A stretch of DNA of 32,000 bases from Parasynechococcus marenigrum WH 8102 (GCF_000195975.1 NC_005070.1:1650001-1682000); one strand, 5' to 3'; shown: positions 1 to 8,829, numbered from the stretch's first letter. Notes: generated by a model from the sequence alone, not told the origin. A program made the numbers and translations.

Positions 1-1224
1 AGCCCCGGCTTCATCGCCGGTGACGCTGGAGGAACGACCCACCATCACGCCGCTGACAGGACGACCCTGCTGCGTGAGGCTGTGACCCACCTTGCGCTGT
101 GACACCTGCGAGCTGCCGCAATAGGCAGCGGACTGGTTAGCAGAAATGTATTCAGTACCCGTCACGCTCTTGCAGGTGCCGGGCTCGTCCCCGGTGACCT
201 TTTCGGAACGGCCGACTTCATTGCCGGTGACGCGGTTGCCGTGGCTAGTGGCGGTGACGCGAACCTTGGCGGGAGTGGTGGGCTCAGGTGCCTGCTGGCA
301 GAACGTTTGGAACACTTCGGCACCCAGGTATTCGGTGCCAGTAATCGATCGGCAGGTGCTGGCCTCATTGCCAGTGGTTTTTACCGAACGGTTGGCCTGA
401 GTACCGGTCACGGTCTGGCCGGTACTCGTGGTGCTTTCTCCCACTTTCCAGTGGGCATCAGCTGCAGCAGCCTGCTTGGCGCCGTGGCGGTTGGGACCGG
501 TTGGGCGGGTTGCACCAGCGCTTTGCTTGTTGCGGGCACCAGCCTTGGTGCGCAGCTCACGCACCTGCTGAGCCAGCTCGCGGCTGGTGAGATCAGGGTT
601 GGCTTGACGGGCGACAGCAGCAGCACTGGTGGGTTGCTTACCAGCGGTTTTGCCGTGTTTCGCCATCGCTTCGCGACGGGCCAACACCAGCGCACGGCTG
701 GGGTTCTCGATGGCACGGCGCTTGGGCGCTGCACTGCGACGGTCGGAACGGGGCTTAAGAGAAGTGGTAGGGGCACTCAGTTGAACCTTTCCAGCAGCGC
801 GCTTTCCACCACATCCACAGGTTTTTTGCTCCTCAGCCGATGCTGCAACAGGAGCAGCAGCCTGGGTTTGGCGAGCGACATCAGCGCGGTTACGGTCGCG
901 GCTGGTGTCTGCGGTCTTGCCGCGGCGGGACAGGGCATCACGGCGAGCCAGCACCAGGTCCCTGCTGGGATGACGCTGAGGCTTCACATGAGAACTACTG
1001 GAGGGGGAAGCCGGAGTGAACGACACTGTTGGTTTCACGGGAGCGGAGACAGCTGGAGCCGTGGGCTCAACAGCGGCTGCAGCGTCCGTGCGGGTGGGAC
1101 GTACGTCGGAGGCAGTGCGCACGCGATTGGCACCATCTCCTGCAGCCACAGAGGACTTCTTACCAGAGGTTGTCAGCGCCTTGCGGCGCTCAAGTGCGAG
1201 TTCGCGACTAGAAAGTCTTGCCAT
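1..1224 (-). CDS. csoS2: Carboxysome scaffold protein CsoS2, N-terminal 408 codons (partial; ORF continues past the left window edge)
   Basis: Not in the ORF track because it has no stop in the window. Hand translation of the minus strand from the ATG at 1224-1222 stays open to position 1: MARLSSRELALERRKALTTSGKKSS... It has four basic N-repeats (SSRELALERRKALTTSGKK, PSRDLVLARRDALSRRGKT, PSRALVLARREAMAKHGKT, TSRELAQQVRELRTKAG). These are followed by Cys-containing [V/I][T/S]G middle repeats (TCRSITGTEYL, TCKSVTGTEYI, VTGNEVGRSEKVTGDEPG). It lies directly downstream of rbcS, as in cso operons. Confidence 0.9.
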   Translation of the reverse strand, partial: MARLSSRELALERRKALTTSGKKSSVAAGDGANRVRTASDVRPTRTDAAAAVEPTAPAVSAPVKPTVSFTPASPSSSSHVKPQRHPSRDLVLARRDALSRRGKTADTSRDRNRADVARQTQAAAPVAASAEEQKTCGCGGKRAAGKVQLSAPTTSLKPRSDRRSAAPKRRAIENPSRALVLARREAMAKHGKTAGKQPTSAAAVARQANPDLTSRELAQQVRELRTKAGARNKQSAGATRPTGPNRHGAKQAAAADAHWKVGESTTSTGQTVTGTQANRSVKTTGNEASTCRSITGTEYLGAEVFQTFCQQAPEPTTPAKVRVTATSHGNRVTGNEVGRSEKVTGDEPGTCKSVTGTEYISANQSAAYCGSSQVSQRKVGHSLTQQGRPVSGVMVGRSSSVTGDEAGA

Positions 1225-1273
1225 GTCCGCCCGAGGGTGTCGTCGTGAGGTGGAAGGGCACCTGCCCCTCCGG

Positions 1274-1305
1274 AAAAAACTGGAGCCCTGATCAGGTCAG
1301 GGCTC
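1274..1305 (-). terminator. Terminator-like stem-loop plus U-tract between rbcS and csoS2 (candidate leaky terminator/attenuator)
   Basis: Minus-strand RNA reads GAGCCCUGA-CCUGA-UCAGGGCUC, a perfect 9-bp stem (1305-1297 / 1291-1283). CAG and then UUUUUU (1279-1274) follow. It sits 20 nt after the rbcS stop and about 50 nt before the csoS2 ATG. Confidence 0.5.
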
Positions 1306-1325
1306 GGAACCAAAGGTTCGAAGGA

Positions 1326-1667
1326 TCAGCGTCCTTCGAAAACCACGAAGCATGCACCCTGGCTCTGGGTGTAAGCGTCATAACCGACGATGCGCACGTG
1401 GTGGTCGGGGTATGCGCGGTGGCAAGCCTCGAGCTCACTGACGACAACGTTCAGATCCTTCTCACCGAAGAAGGGGAGCTTCCAATACGACCAGTAGGTG
1501 GCCATGGAGTTGCTGGGATGGACGTGCTCAACGAGCGGGCTCCAACCCTGGGCAATGATGTACGCGATCTGGTCGTAGATCTCGTCCTGGGTCATCGGCG
1601 GGAGGAAGCCGAAGGTCTCCAGGGTGGCGACTGTTTGGTAGTCACCCACGGTGCTCTGGAAAGGCAT
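1326..1667 (-). CDS. rbcS: RuBisCO small subunit (form IA)
   Basis: 113 aa, MPFQSTVGDYQTVATLETFGFLPPMTQDEIYDQIAYIIAQGWSP...YWKLPFFGE, a typical CbbS/RbcS. It is immediately downstream of rbcL. Confidence 0.97.
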   Translation of the reverse strand: MPFQSTVGDYQTVATLETFGFLPPMTQDEIYDQIAYIIAQGWSPLVEHVHPSNSMATYWSYWKLPFFGEKDLNVVVSELEACHRAYPDHHVRIVGYDAYTQSQGACFVVFEGR

Positions 1668-1685
1668 AGGGATCCTGGGTTTAAG

Positions 1686-1716
1686 AAAAAGGGTTGGCCG
1701 GTTACATCAACCGGCC
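1686..1716 (-). other. Intercistronic GC-rich stem-loop between rbcL and rbcS
   Basis: Minus-strand RNA reads GGCCGGUU-GAUGU-AACCGGCC, a perfect 8-bp stem (1716-1709 / 1703-1696). AACCC and UUUUU (1690-1686) follow. An AGGA Shine-Dalgarno-like element lies 5 nt before the rbcS ATG. Confidence 0.4.
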
Positions 1717-1726
1717 GAAGAAACGA

Positions 1727-3142
1727 TCAGTTCTGAACGTCGAGCTTGTCGACGGTGTCGAACTCGAACTTGATCTCCTTCCAGGTCTCGAGAGCGATGG
1801 CCAGCTCAGGGCTGTGCTTACCGGCTTCCATGAGGATGTCCCGGCTTTCCTTCTCGATCTCGCGACCGGCATTGCGTGCCTTGACGCAGGCCTCGAGGGC
1901 CACACGGTTGGCAGCAGCACCTGCAGCGGAGCCCCAGGGGTGACCGTGGGTACCACCACCGAACTGCAGCACGGAGTCGTCACCGAAGATGGCGACAAGT
2001 GCGGGCATGTGCCAGACGTGGATACCGCCGGAAGCAACGGCGAACACGCCAGGCATGGAACCCCAGTCCTGATCGAAGAAGTTGCCGCGGCTGCGGTCTT
2101 CGGGCACGAAGGATTCGCGCAGCTGGTCGATGTAGCCGAGGGTGGTCTGACGATCACCTTCCAGCTTTCCGACCACGGTGCCGGTGTGGAGCTGGTCACC
2201 ACCGGACAGACGCAGACACTTGGCGAGAACGCGGAAGTGGATGCCGTGCTTGGGATGACGGTCGATCACCGCGTGCATGGCGCGGTGGATGTGCAGCAAC
2301 ATGCCGTTCTTACGGCACCACTTCGACAGACCGGTGTTGGCCGTGAAGCCACCGGTGATGAAGTCGTGCATGATGATCGGCATGCCGAGTTCCTTGGCGA
2401 ACTCAGCGCGCTCATACATCTCCTCGGGAGTGTTGGCGGTCACGTTGAGGTAGTGACCCTTGCGCTCGCCGGTCTCCTGCTCGGACAGCTTGATGGCTTC
2501 CGCAACGAATTCGAAGCGGTTCTGCCAACGCTGGAAGGGCTGCGAGTTGATGTTCTCGTCGTCCTTGGTGAAGTCCAGACCGCCGCGCAGGCATTCATAG
2601 ACCACACGGCCGTAGTTCTTACCGCTCAGGCCGAGCTTCGGCTTGATGGTGCAACCCAGCAGGGGACGGCCGTACTTGTTCATCCGGTCGCGCTCGACCT
2701 GGATGCCGTTCGGCGGGCCGTAGCAGCTCTTGATGAACGCCATCGGGAAGCGGATGTCTTCCAGACGGAGGTGGCGCAGGGCCTTGAAACCGAACACGTT
2801 GCCGACCAGGGAGGTCAGAACGTTGGTGATTGAACCCTCTTCGAACAGGTCGAGGGGGTAGGCGATGAAGGCATAGAACGACTCCTTGTCACCAGGGACG
2901 TCTTCGATGCGGTAGCAACGGCCCTTGTAGAAGTCGAGGTCGGTGAGGAGCTCGGACCACACAGTGGACCAGGTGCCGGTGGAGGATTCAGCAGCCACAG
3001 CAGCGGCGACTTCTTCCTTGGGCACACCTTCCTGGCCGGTGCACTTGAAGCAGGCCAGCAGGTCGGTGTCGAGGGGAACGTAATCAGGAGTCCAGTAAGT
3101 GTCCCTGTACTCCTTGACCCCAGCGTCGTACTTCTTGCTCAT
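1727..3142 (-). CDS. rbcL: RuBisCO large subunit (form IA)
   Basis: 471 aa, [33 protein letters not shown]...[19 protein letters not shown]...[12 protein letters not shown], with unmistakable RbcL/CbbL motifs. Confidence 0.99.
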   Translation of the reverse strand: MSKKYDAGVKEYRDTYWTPDYVPLDTDLLACFKCTGQEGVPKEEVAAAVAAESSTGTWSTVWSELLTDLDFYKGRCYRIEDVPGDKESFYAFIAYPLDLFEEGSITNVLTSLVGNVFGFKALRHLRLEDIRFPMAFIKSCYGPPNGIQVERDRMNKYGRPLLGCTIKPKLGLSGKNYGRVVYECLRGGLDFTKDDENINSQPFQRWQNRFEFVAEAIKLSEQETGERKGHYLNVTANTPEEMYERAEFAKELGMPIIMHDFITGGFTANTGLSKWCRKNGMLLHIHRAMHAVIDRHPKHGIHFRVLAKCLRLSGGDQLHTGTVVGKLEGDRQTTLGYIDQLRESFVPEDRSRGNFFDQDWGSMPGVFAVASGGIHVWHMPALVAIFGDDSVLQFGGGTHGHPWGSAAGAAANRVALEACVKARNAGREIEKESRDILMEAGKHSPELAIALETWKEIKFEFDTVDKLDVQN

Positions 3143-3215
3143 GGGAAAACTCCGTTAGGTCGGTGAAGGGGGGATGAGACATTCGCGTGCCTCGTCAGAG
3201 GCTCAGCGGAAGATC

Positions 3216-3527
3216 TCAGTCCTTCTGACCGAGGAAGTTGCCGTTGCCCAGTGCAGGCTCCACTTCGCGGTGGGGGCGGGCAATGATGTGAGCAGCCACG
3301 AGGCCGTCGCCGACGCGCTCGCAGGCATCAGCGCCAGCGCGCACAGCAGCGTTCACAGCGCCGGTTTCGCCGCGCACCAAAACGGTGACGTAGCCGCCGC
3401 CGACGAACTCACGACCGATCAGGCGCACTTCGGCAGCCTTGGTCATGGCATCAGCTGCCTCGATGGCGGGGACCAGACCGCGGGTCTCGATCATGCCGAG
3501 GGCGATGCCCATGGTTTCGTTAGCCAT
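3216..3527 (-). CDS. csoS1: Carboxysome shell protein CsoS1 (BMC-H hexamer)
   Basis: 103 aa, MANETMGIALGMIETRGLVPAIEAADAMTKAAEVRLIGREFVGGGYVTVLVRGETGAVNAAV, a canonical BMC domain. It is the first gene of the cso operon, upstream of rbcL. Confidence 0.97.
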   Translation of the reverse strand: MANETMGIALGMIETRGLVPAIEAADAMTKAAEVRLIGREFVGGGYVTVLVRGETGAVNAAVRAGADACERVGDGLVAAHIIARPHREVEPALGNGNFLGQKD

Positions 3528-3635
3528 TGCCTACCGGGAAAAAAGGTGGAATGTTCGCTCGGGACATTGGTCCGCCAGATCCCTTCCCGTCAAGCAATTG
3601 GGCACACTCCCGAGATCACTGTCCATAGTGAACCT

Positions 3636-3652
3636 GATAAGCCCGGCTTATC
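3636..3652. promoter_or_regulatory. 17-bp perfect palindrome GATAAGCC-C-GGCTTATC upstream of csoS1 (LysR-type T-N11-A geometry)
   Basis: Read directly from the sequence, 109-125 nt upstream of the csoS1 ATG. The inner 13 nt, TAAGCCCGGCTTA, fit T-N11-A. A regulatory function is inferred only. Confidence 0.35.
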
Positions 3653-3691
3653 ACCCTGTCTCTCACTGTTCCGCACTGCTGTGGTGGTTCC

Positions 3692-3701
3692 TGTGATCAC
3701 A
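3692..3701. promoter_or_regulatory. 10-bp perfect palindrome TGTGATCACA in the csoS1/rdgB divergent spacer (copy 1 of 2)
   Basis: Read directly from the sequence, 165-174 nt upstream of the csoS1 ATG. The same 11-mer CTGTGATCACA recurs at 5282-5292 upstream of csoS1D. Confidence 0.35.
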
Positions 3702-3877
3702 TCCGCACAAGGCGTTGCCGCGACAAGCGTTGATGCATAGGTTCACGAAAACGAATGGTCCTGACGCCATTGGCTGAGGGGTGGCATGTTCAACCCATGC
3801 CATTCGGTTCTGACGTTGACCGAAAGATTTCTACCCCTAAACCCCACAATGGTGAGCCTTTCTGTGCTCTCCGTTCG

Positions 3878-4456
3878 TTGCAACGTCTGACCATTGCCAC
3901 CGGCAACCCCATTAAGGTTTCTGAGATAGAAGCCATGCTTGGACCGTTGCCTCTCGAGGTCCAGCGTCAACCCAGTGATCTGGAAGTAGACGAGACCGGA
4001 GAGACCTATCTGGAGAACGCTTCTCTCAAAGCAAGCGCTGCTGCGTTGCGCACCAACGAATGGGCCCTGGCGGATGATTCCGGCTTGGAAGTGGATGCCT
4101 TGCACGGTGCCCCGGGTTTGTTTTCCGCCCGTTACGCCAGCGGCAACGACACCAAAATTCAGCGCCTTCTGGAGGAACTCAACAGTTCCCCCTACCGGAG
4201 TGCGTGTTTCCGCAGCACGATGGTGATCAGCGATCCTTCCGGCACCTGTGTGGCCTCAGCCGAAGGGGTCTGCTGGGGTGAACTGCTGTTGAAACCGGCC
4301 TATGCAGGCGGTGGCTTCGAATCGCTGTTGTGGGTGCGGGAAGCCCGTTGCACCTACGGGGAGCTCAACGCATCCCAACTCACCCGTCTGGGTAGCCGTG
4401 GCAAAGCAGCACGCGCCCTGGCACCGGATCTGCGACGCCTGCTGAACTTGAACTGA
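3878..4456 (+). CDS. rdgB: Non-canonical purine NTP pyrophosphatase (RdgB/HAM1 family)
   Basis: LTIATGNPIKVSEIEAML...ETGETYLENASLKA...ADDSGLEVDALHGAPGLFSARYA are HAM1/RdgB motifs. The stop is firm. The start is uncertain. TTG at 3878 gives a family-typical 192 aa beginning MQRLTIATGN. In-frame ATGs at 3797 and 3755 would add a 27-41 aa extension atypical for the family. Confidence 0.85.
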   Translation: MQRLTIATGNPIKVSEIEAMLGPLPLEVQRQPSDLEVDETGETYLENASLKASAAALRTNEWALADDSGLEVDALHGAPGLFSARYASGNDTKIQRLLEELNSSPYRSACFRSTMVISDPSGTCVASAEGVCWGELLLKPAYAGGGFESLLWVREARCTYGELNASQLTRLGSRGKAARALAPDLRRLLNLN

Positions 4457-4459
4457 GAT

Positions 4460-5245
4460 TCAGCGAAACGTGGAGCGTCGGTTGACGGTTTCGATGGCCC
4501 GCATGGCAGCAGCAGCAGCCTCCTCCACATCCCCTTCACGTCCTGCAAGGGTGAGCCTGCCAAAGGCACCGACGGCTTTCACGTCCACCAGGGTGATGTT
4601 GGACGCTTTTTCCGCTTCATTCGCCGCAATCAACACGTAGCCAGCGGGCTCGGTTTCGAGGATGAACATGCTCATGCCGGCCTCGATCATGGAGCCACGG
4701 CGGTTCTGGCGGTTGATCAACACCGCATGGTCCGGGGTGATCGCCCGGATCACCTCCGTCCAACTCACATCTGCGGGGGAACGCTGCTCGATCGTGCTGC
4801 CGATGGCTTCCAGCACCACATCACCGGAATGGAGCACCGTGCTCTGGTCACGGTGATACAGCGCCATCGATCCGAAAGCACGTTCCACCACCATCTGGCC
4901 AAGGCGCACATCACTCGCCTTCAGGGCGATATCAGTCACGCGGTGAACCGCCATGCCCGGCGACACCTCCATCCACAGACAGGCATCGCCCGGAATGGGC
5001 AGAAATCCTTGGCTCACCGAACCCATGTAAGCCGCCAATTGAGGCTGCAATGAGTCGATGAACACATGGGTGCGCAGCTCGATCGACTGCACATGGCTGT
5101 TCTGGCGTTGCAACCTGGGGGATTCGGAATCCGTGGTCACAACACAACTCGCACCTCCCTGGGGAGGTTTTACCTCAGTGCCGGTCACGAGAGCGCTTCC
5201 ACCACGCCGCCGCTCCCGGGCCTCGAAGCTGGCGAAACGGGTCAT
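4460..5245 (-). CDS. csoS1D: Carboxysome shell protein CsoS1D (tandem BMC-domain, pseudohexamer type)
   Basis: 261 aa. After a roughly 50 aa tail come two BMC-like halves ([21 protein letters not shown]...; [46 protein letters not shown]). Its position just upstream of the cso operon with rdgB between matches the known picocyanobacterial arrangement. Confidence 0.85.
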   Translation of the reverse strand: MTRFASFEARERRRGGSALVTGTEVKPPQGGASCVVTTDSESPRLQRQNSHVQSIELRTHVFIDSLQPQLAAYMGSVSQGFLPIPGDACLWMEVSPGMAVHRVTDIALKASDVRLGQMVVERAFGSMALYHRDQSTVLHSGDVVLEAIGSTIEQRSPADVSWTEVIRAITPDHAVLINRQNRRGSMIEAGMSMFILETEPAGYVLIAANEAEKASNITLVDVKAVGAFGRLTLAGREGDVEEAAAAAMRAIETVNRRSTFR

Positions 5246-5281
5246 GGCGGGGAGTGTACCGGATGAATTCCGTGTTTTCTG

Positions 5282-5293
5282 CTGTGATCACAG
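5282..5293. promoter_or_regulatory. 12-bp perfect palindrome CTGTGATCACAG in the csoS1D / HTH-gene divergent spacer (copy 2 of 2)
   Basis: Read directly from the sequence, 37-48 nt upstream of the csoS1D ATG (5245) and 72-83 nt upstream of the ATG at 5365. Confidence 0.35.
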
Positions 5294-5364
5294 GCGCGGG
5301 AAGCGGTCTTGCGTGCCGAAGCGCAGCCGATACCGTCCGCTTATCAACACTTAGGACTCCGGTG

Positions 5365-5742
5365 ATGAGCGAGCAAACCCCCGTGAATGCCGTTGAGTTG
5401 AATGCCGACCAGGCCCTGGGCATGGTCAGTTTCGGCTTGATGCAACGGCTGGCCAAGGATGGGCAAGTGGAATTGCCCTGGCTGGAGACCGCAGTGGACA
5501 GCGAGGTCGAACGGGCCCGGCAGCTGCGCCAACGCCTGGAACTCACCGCCCTGGCCATCAACACCGGCGCACCGCTCACCACAGCGGAGGTCACCCTGCT
5601 GCTGGGGGCCCGCCCCGGCAGTGAGCAGGTTGAGCGTGGCGGACTGGTGGCGCGCCGCGTCAGCCGCAACGTCTGGCGGCTCAGCAAACTGGAGGGAAGC
5701 GATCGTTCCGACCGCTACGACGGCTTCCGCCGTCGCCTCTGA
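5365..5742 (+). CDS. Hypothetical protein with C-terminal excisionase/MerR-superfamily-like helix-turn-helix
   Basis: The ORF track gives 5254..5742. I prefer the ATG at 5365, which has AGGA 8 nt upstream. The 5254-5364 extension uses codons rare for this genome (TTA, TCA, ACA, AGG, ACT). PLTTAEVTLLLGARPGSEQVERGGLVARRVSRNVWRL resembles the HTH_17 pattern (LT..E.a.LLG....v.r....G.l.a.r.g....WR). This was recognised by eye only. Confidence 0.6.
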   Translation: MSEQTPVNAVELNADQALGMVSFGLMQRLAKDGQVELPWLETAVDSEVERARQLRQRLELTALAINTGAPLTTAEVTLLLGARPGSEQVERGGLVARRVSRNVWRLSKLEGSDRSDRYDGFRRRL

Positions 5743-5804
5743 TCCCGAAGAGTTTCAGGGGCTGAGCGTCACCAGCCCGCTGCCGAGGTCAGGTTGTGGG
5801 CTGA

Positions 5805-7100
<1,296 letters not shown>

Positions 7101-7104
7101 CGCC

Positions 7105-8679
7105 ATGGATCTCACGCTTTGGACCTACGAAGGACCACCCCATGTGGGGGCTATGCGCATCGCCGCTTCCATGCAAGGGGTGCACTATGTGTTGCATGCA
7201 CCGCAGGGCGACACCTACGCCGACCTGCTATTCACGATGATCGAGCGGCGCGGCCAGCGCCCTCCGGTGACTTACACCACCTTTCAAGCCCGGGACCTGG
7301 GGGGCGACACGGCCGAGCTGGTGAAGCGCCATGTGCGGGAAGCGGTGGACCGCTTCCAACCCGATGCACTGCTGGTGGGGGAAAGCTGCACGGCTGAACT
7401 GATCCAGGACCAACCCGGTGCCTTGGCGCAGGGCATGGGGCTGACCATGCCGGTAGTGAGCCTTGAATTGCCGGCTTACAGCAAAAAGGAGAACTGGGGC
7501 GCCGCAGAAACTCTCTATCAGTTGGTGCGGGGTCTGCTGAAACAACAGGTGCCGGCTGAGCCGAAGCATGATCCCAAGCGCTGGCAACAACAGGGGCGTC
7601 GACCACGGGTGAATCTGCTAGGTCCTTCCTTACTCGGGTTCCGCTGCCGCGATGACGTGCTGGAGGTGCAGACGCTGCTCACGATGCACGGCATCGATGT
7701 GGCGGTCGTCGCCCCCCTGGGAGCTGGCGTAGAGGACGTGCACCGTCTGCCGGAGGCCGACCTGAACATCTGCCTCTACCCGGAGGTGGCTGAATCCACC
7801 TGCCTCTGGCTGGAACGCAACTTCGGCATGCCCTTCAGCCGCACGGTGCCGATCGGTGTCGGCGCCACCCACGACTTCCTGGTTGAAGTGCACACCGCTC
7901 TGGGACTGGAACCACCCTCGCCGCAGGAGGGTTATCGCCGCTCACGCCTGCCTTGGTATTCCGAATCCGTTGACTCCACTTACCTCACCGGCAAGCGGGT
8001 GTTCATCTTTGGCGATGGCAGCCATGCCATCGCCGCCGCCCGCATCTGCAGTGAGGAACTGGGCTTTCAGGTGGTGGGGCTGGGCACCTACAGCCGCGAG
8101 ATGGCTCGGCCGGTGAGGGCCGCTGCGAAGGGCCTGGGGCTGGAGGCCCTGATCTGCGACGACTATCTAGCGGTGGAGGCGGCCATGGCCGAAGCGGCAC
8201 CTGAACTGGTGCTGGGCACCCAGATGGAACGCCACAGCGCCAAACGGCTGGGGATTCCCTGCGCGGTGATCAGCACGCCGATGCATGTTCAGGACGTGCC
8301 AGCCCGGATGAGCCCGCAGATGGGCTGGGAAGGGGCGAATGTGATCTTCGACAGCTGGGTGCACCCGCTGATGATGGGTCTGGAGGAGCACCTGATCGGC
8401 ATGTTCCGCCACGATTTCGAATTCGTGGACGGTCATCAGAGCCATCTGGGCCATGCCGGTGGATCCGGAGCGTCCCAGGAGAGCGCGTTAAGCGACGTTC
8501 CCGAGGCTGACGAGGGCTACGTGGTGTGGACCGCTGATGGCGAGGCGGAACTGAAGAAGATCCCCTTTTTCGTGCGCGGGAAAGTCCGCCGCAATGCCGA
8601 GGCCTATGCCCGACAAGTGGGCTGCCGGGAAATCAGCAGCGAGACGCTTTATGACGCCAAAGCCCACTTCAAGGCATGA
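7105..8679 (+). CDS. chlB: Light-independent protochlorophyllide reductase subunit B
   Basis: 524 aa, [48 protein letters not shown]...[15 protein letters not shown], typical of ChlB. Confidence 0.96.
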   Translation: MDLTLWTYEGPPHVGAMRIAASMQGVHYVLHAPQGDTYADLLFTMIERRGQRPPVTYTTFQARDLGGDTAELVKRHVREAVDRFQPDALLVGESCTAELIQDQPGALAQGMGLTMPVVSLELPAYSKKENWGAAETLYQLVRGLLKQQVPAEPKHDPKRWQQQGRRPRVNLLGPSLLGFRCRDDVLEVQTLLTMHGIDVAVVAPLGAGVEDVHRLPEADLNICLYPEVAESTCLWLERNFGMPFSRTVPIGVGATHDFLVEVHTALGLEPPSPQEGYRRSRLPWYSESVDSTYLTGKRVFIFGDGSHAIAAARICSEELGFQVVGLGTYSREMARPVRAAAKGLGLEALICDDYLAVEAAMAEAAPELVLGTQMERHSAKRLGIPCAVISTPMHVQDVPARMSPQMGWEGANVIFDSWVHPLMMGLEEHLIGMFRHDFEFVDGHQSHLGHAGGSGASQESALSDVPEADEGYVVWTADGEAELKKIPFFVRGKVRRNAEAYARQVGCREISSETLYDAKAHFKA

Positions 8680-8829
8680 GCATTTGCACTCATTTCTTTT
8701 TATTTAATTGAAAGAAATTCTGTTACCGAAGCTCAGCTAGAAACCAGATCTTTCATTTCTTAGTGAAAACCAACCACGGCACATCTGCTGCTGTTGAATG
8801 AATCTGTCTCCTCTTGTGAAGGTCGCTGA
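8680..8829 (+). promoter_or_regulatory. AT-rich chlB-chlL spacer (probable chlL promoter / 5' leader)
   Basis: By my hand count it is about 39% G+C over 150 nt, and about 31% over 8681-8770, in an otherwise GC-rich window. It has a direct repeat TCATTTCTT (8690-8698, 8753-8761), an inverted repeat ATTTCTTT/AAAGAAAT (8692-8699 / 8711-8718), and GAAGG 7 nt before the chlL ATG. Confidence 0.45.

Noticed and set aside
241-1248. 335-aa plus-strand ORF, plus other listed ORFs at 146-1291 on both strands
   Set aside because: They lie opposite to, or out of frame with, the open csoS2 frame. Their Gly/Ala/Ser/Arg-rich, low-information translations are typical of shadow ORFs in GC-rich DNA. csoS2 explains the region.
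1315-1324. GGTTCGAAGG resembling a tRNA T-loop
   Set aside because: It has no complementary T-stem, acceptor stem or anticodon arm around it, and it lies in the rbcS-csoS2 spacer just downstream of the rbcS stop. I found no tRNA anywhere in the window.
1694-2833. 379-aa plus-strand ORF
   Set aside because: It is antisense to rbcL, whose identity is unambiguous, so it is a GC-driven shadow ORF.
3692-3701. Reading TGTGATCACA as a CRP/SYCRP1 site
   Set aside because: The half-sites match TGTGA/TCACA, but canonical CRP-family sites have a 6-nt spacer (TGTGA-N6-TCACA). Here the halves abut, so it is not a standard CRP operator. It is kept only as an unassigned palindrome.
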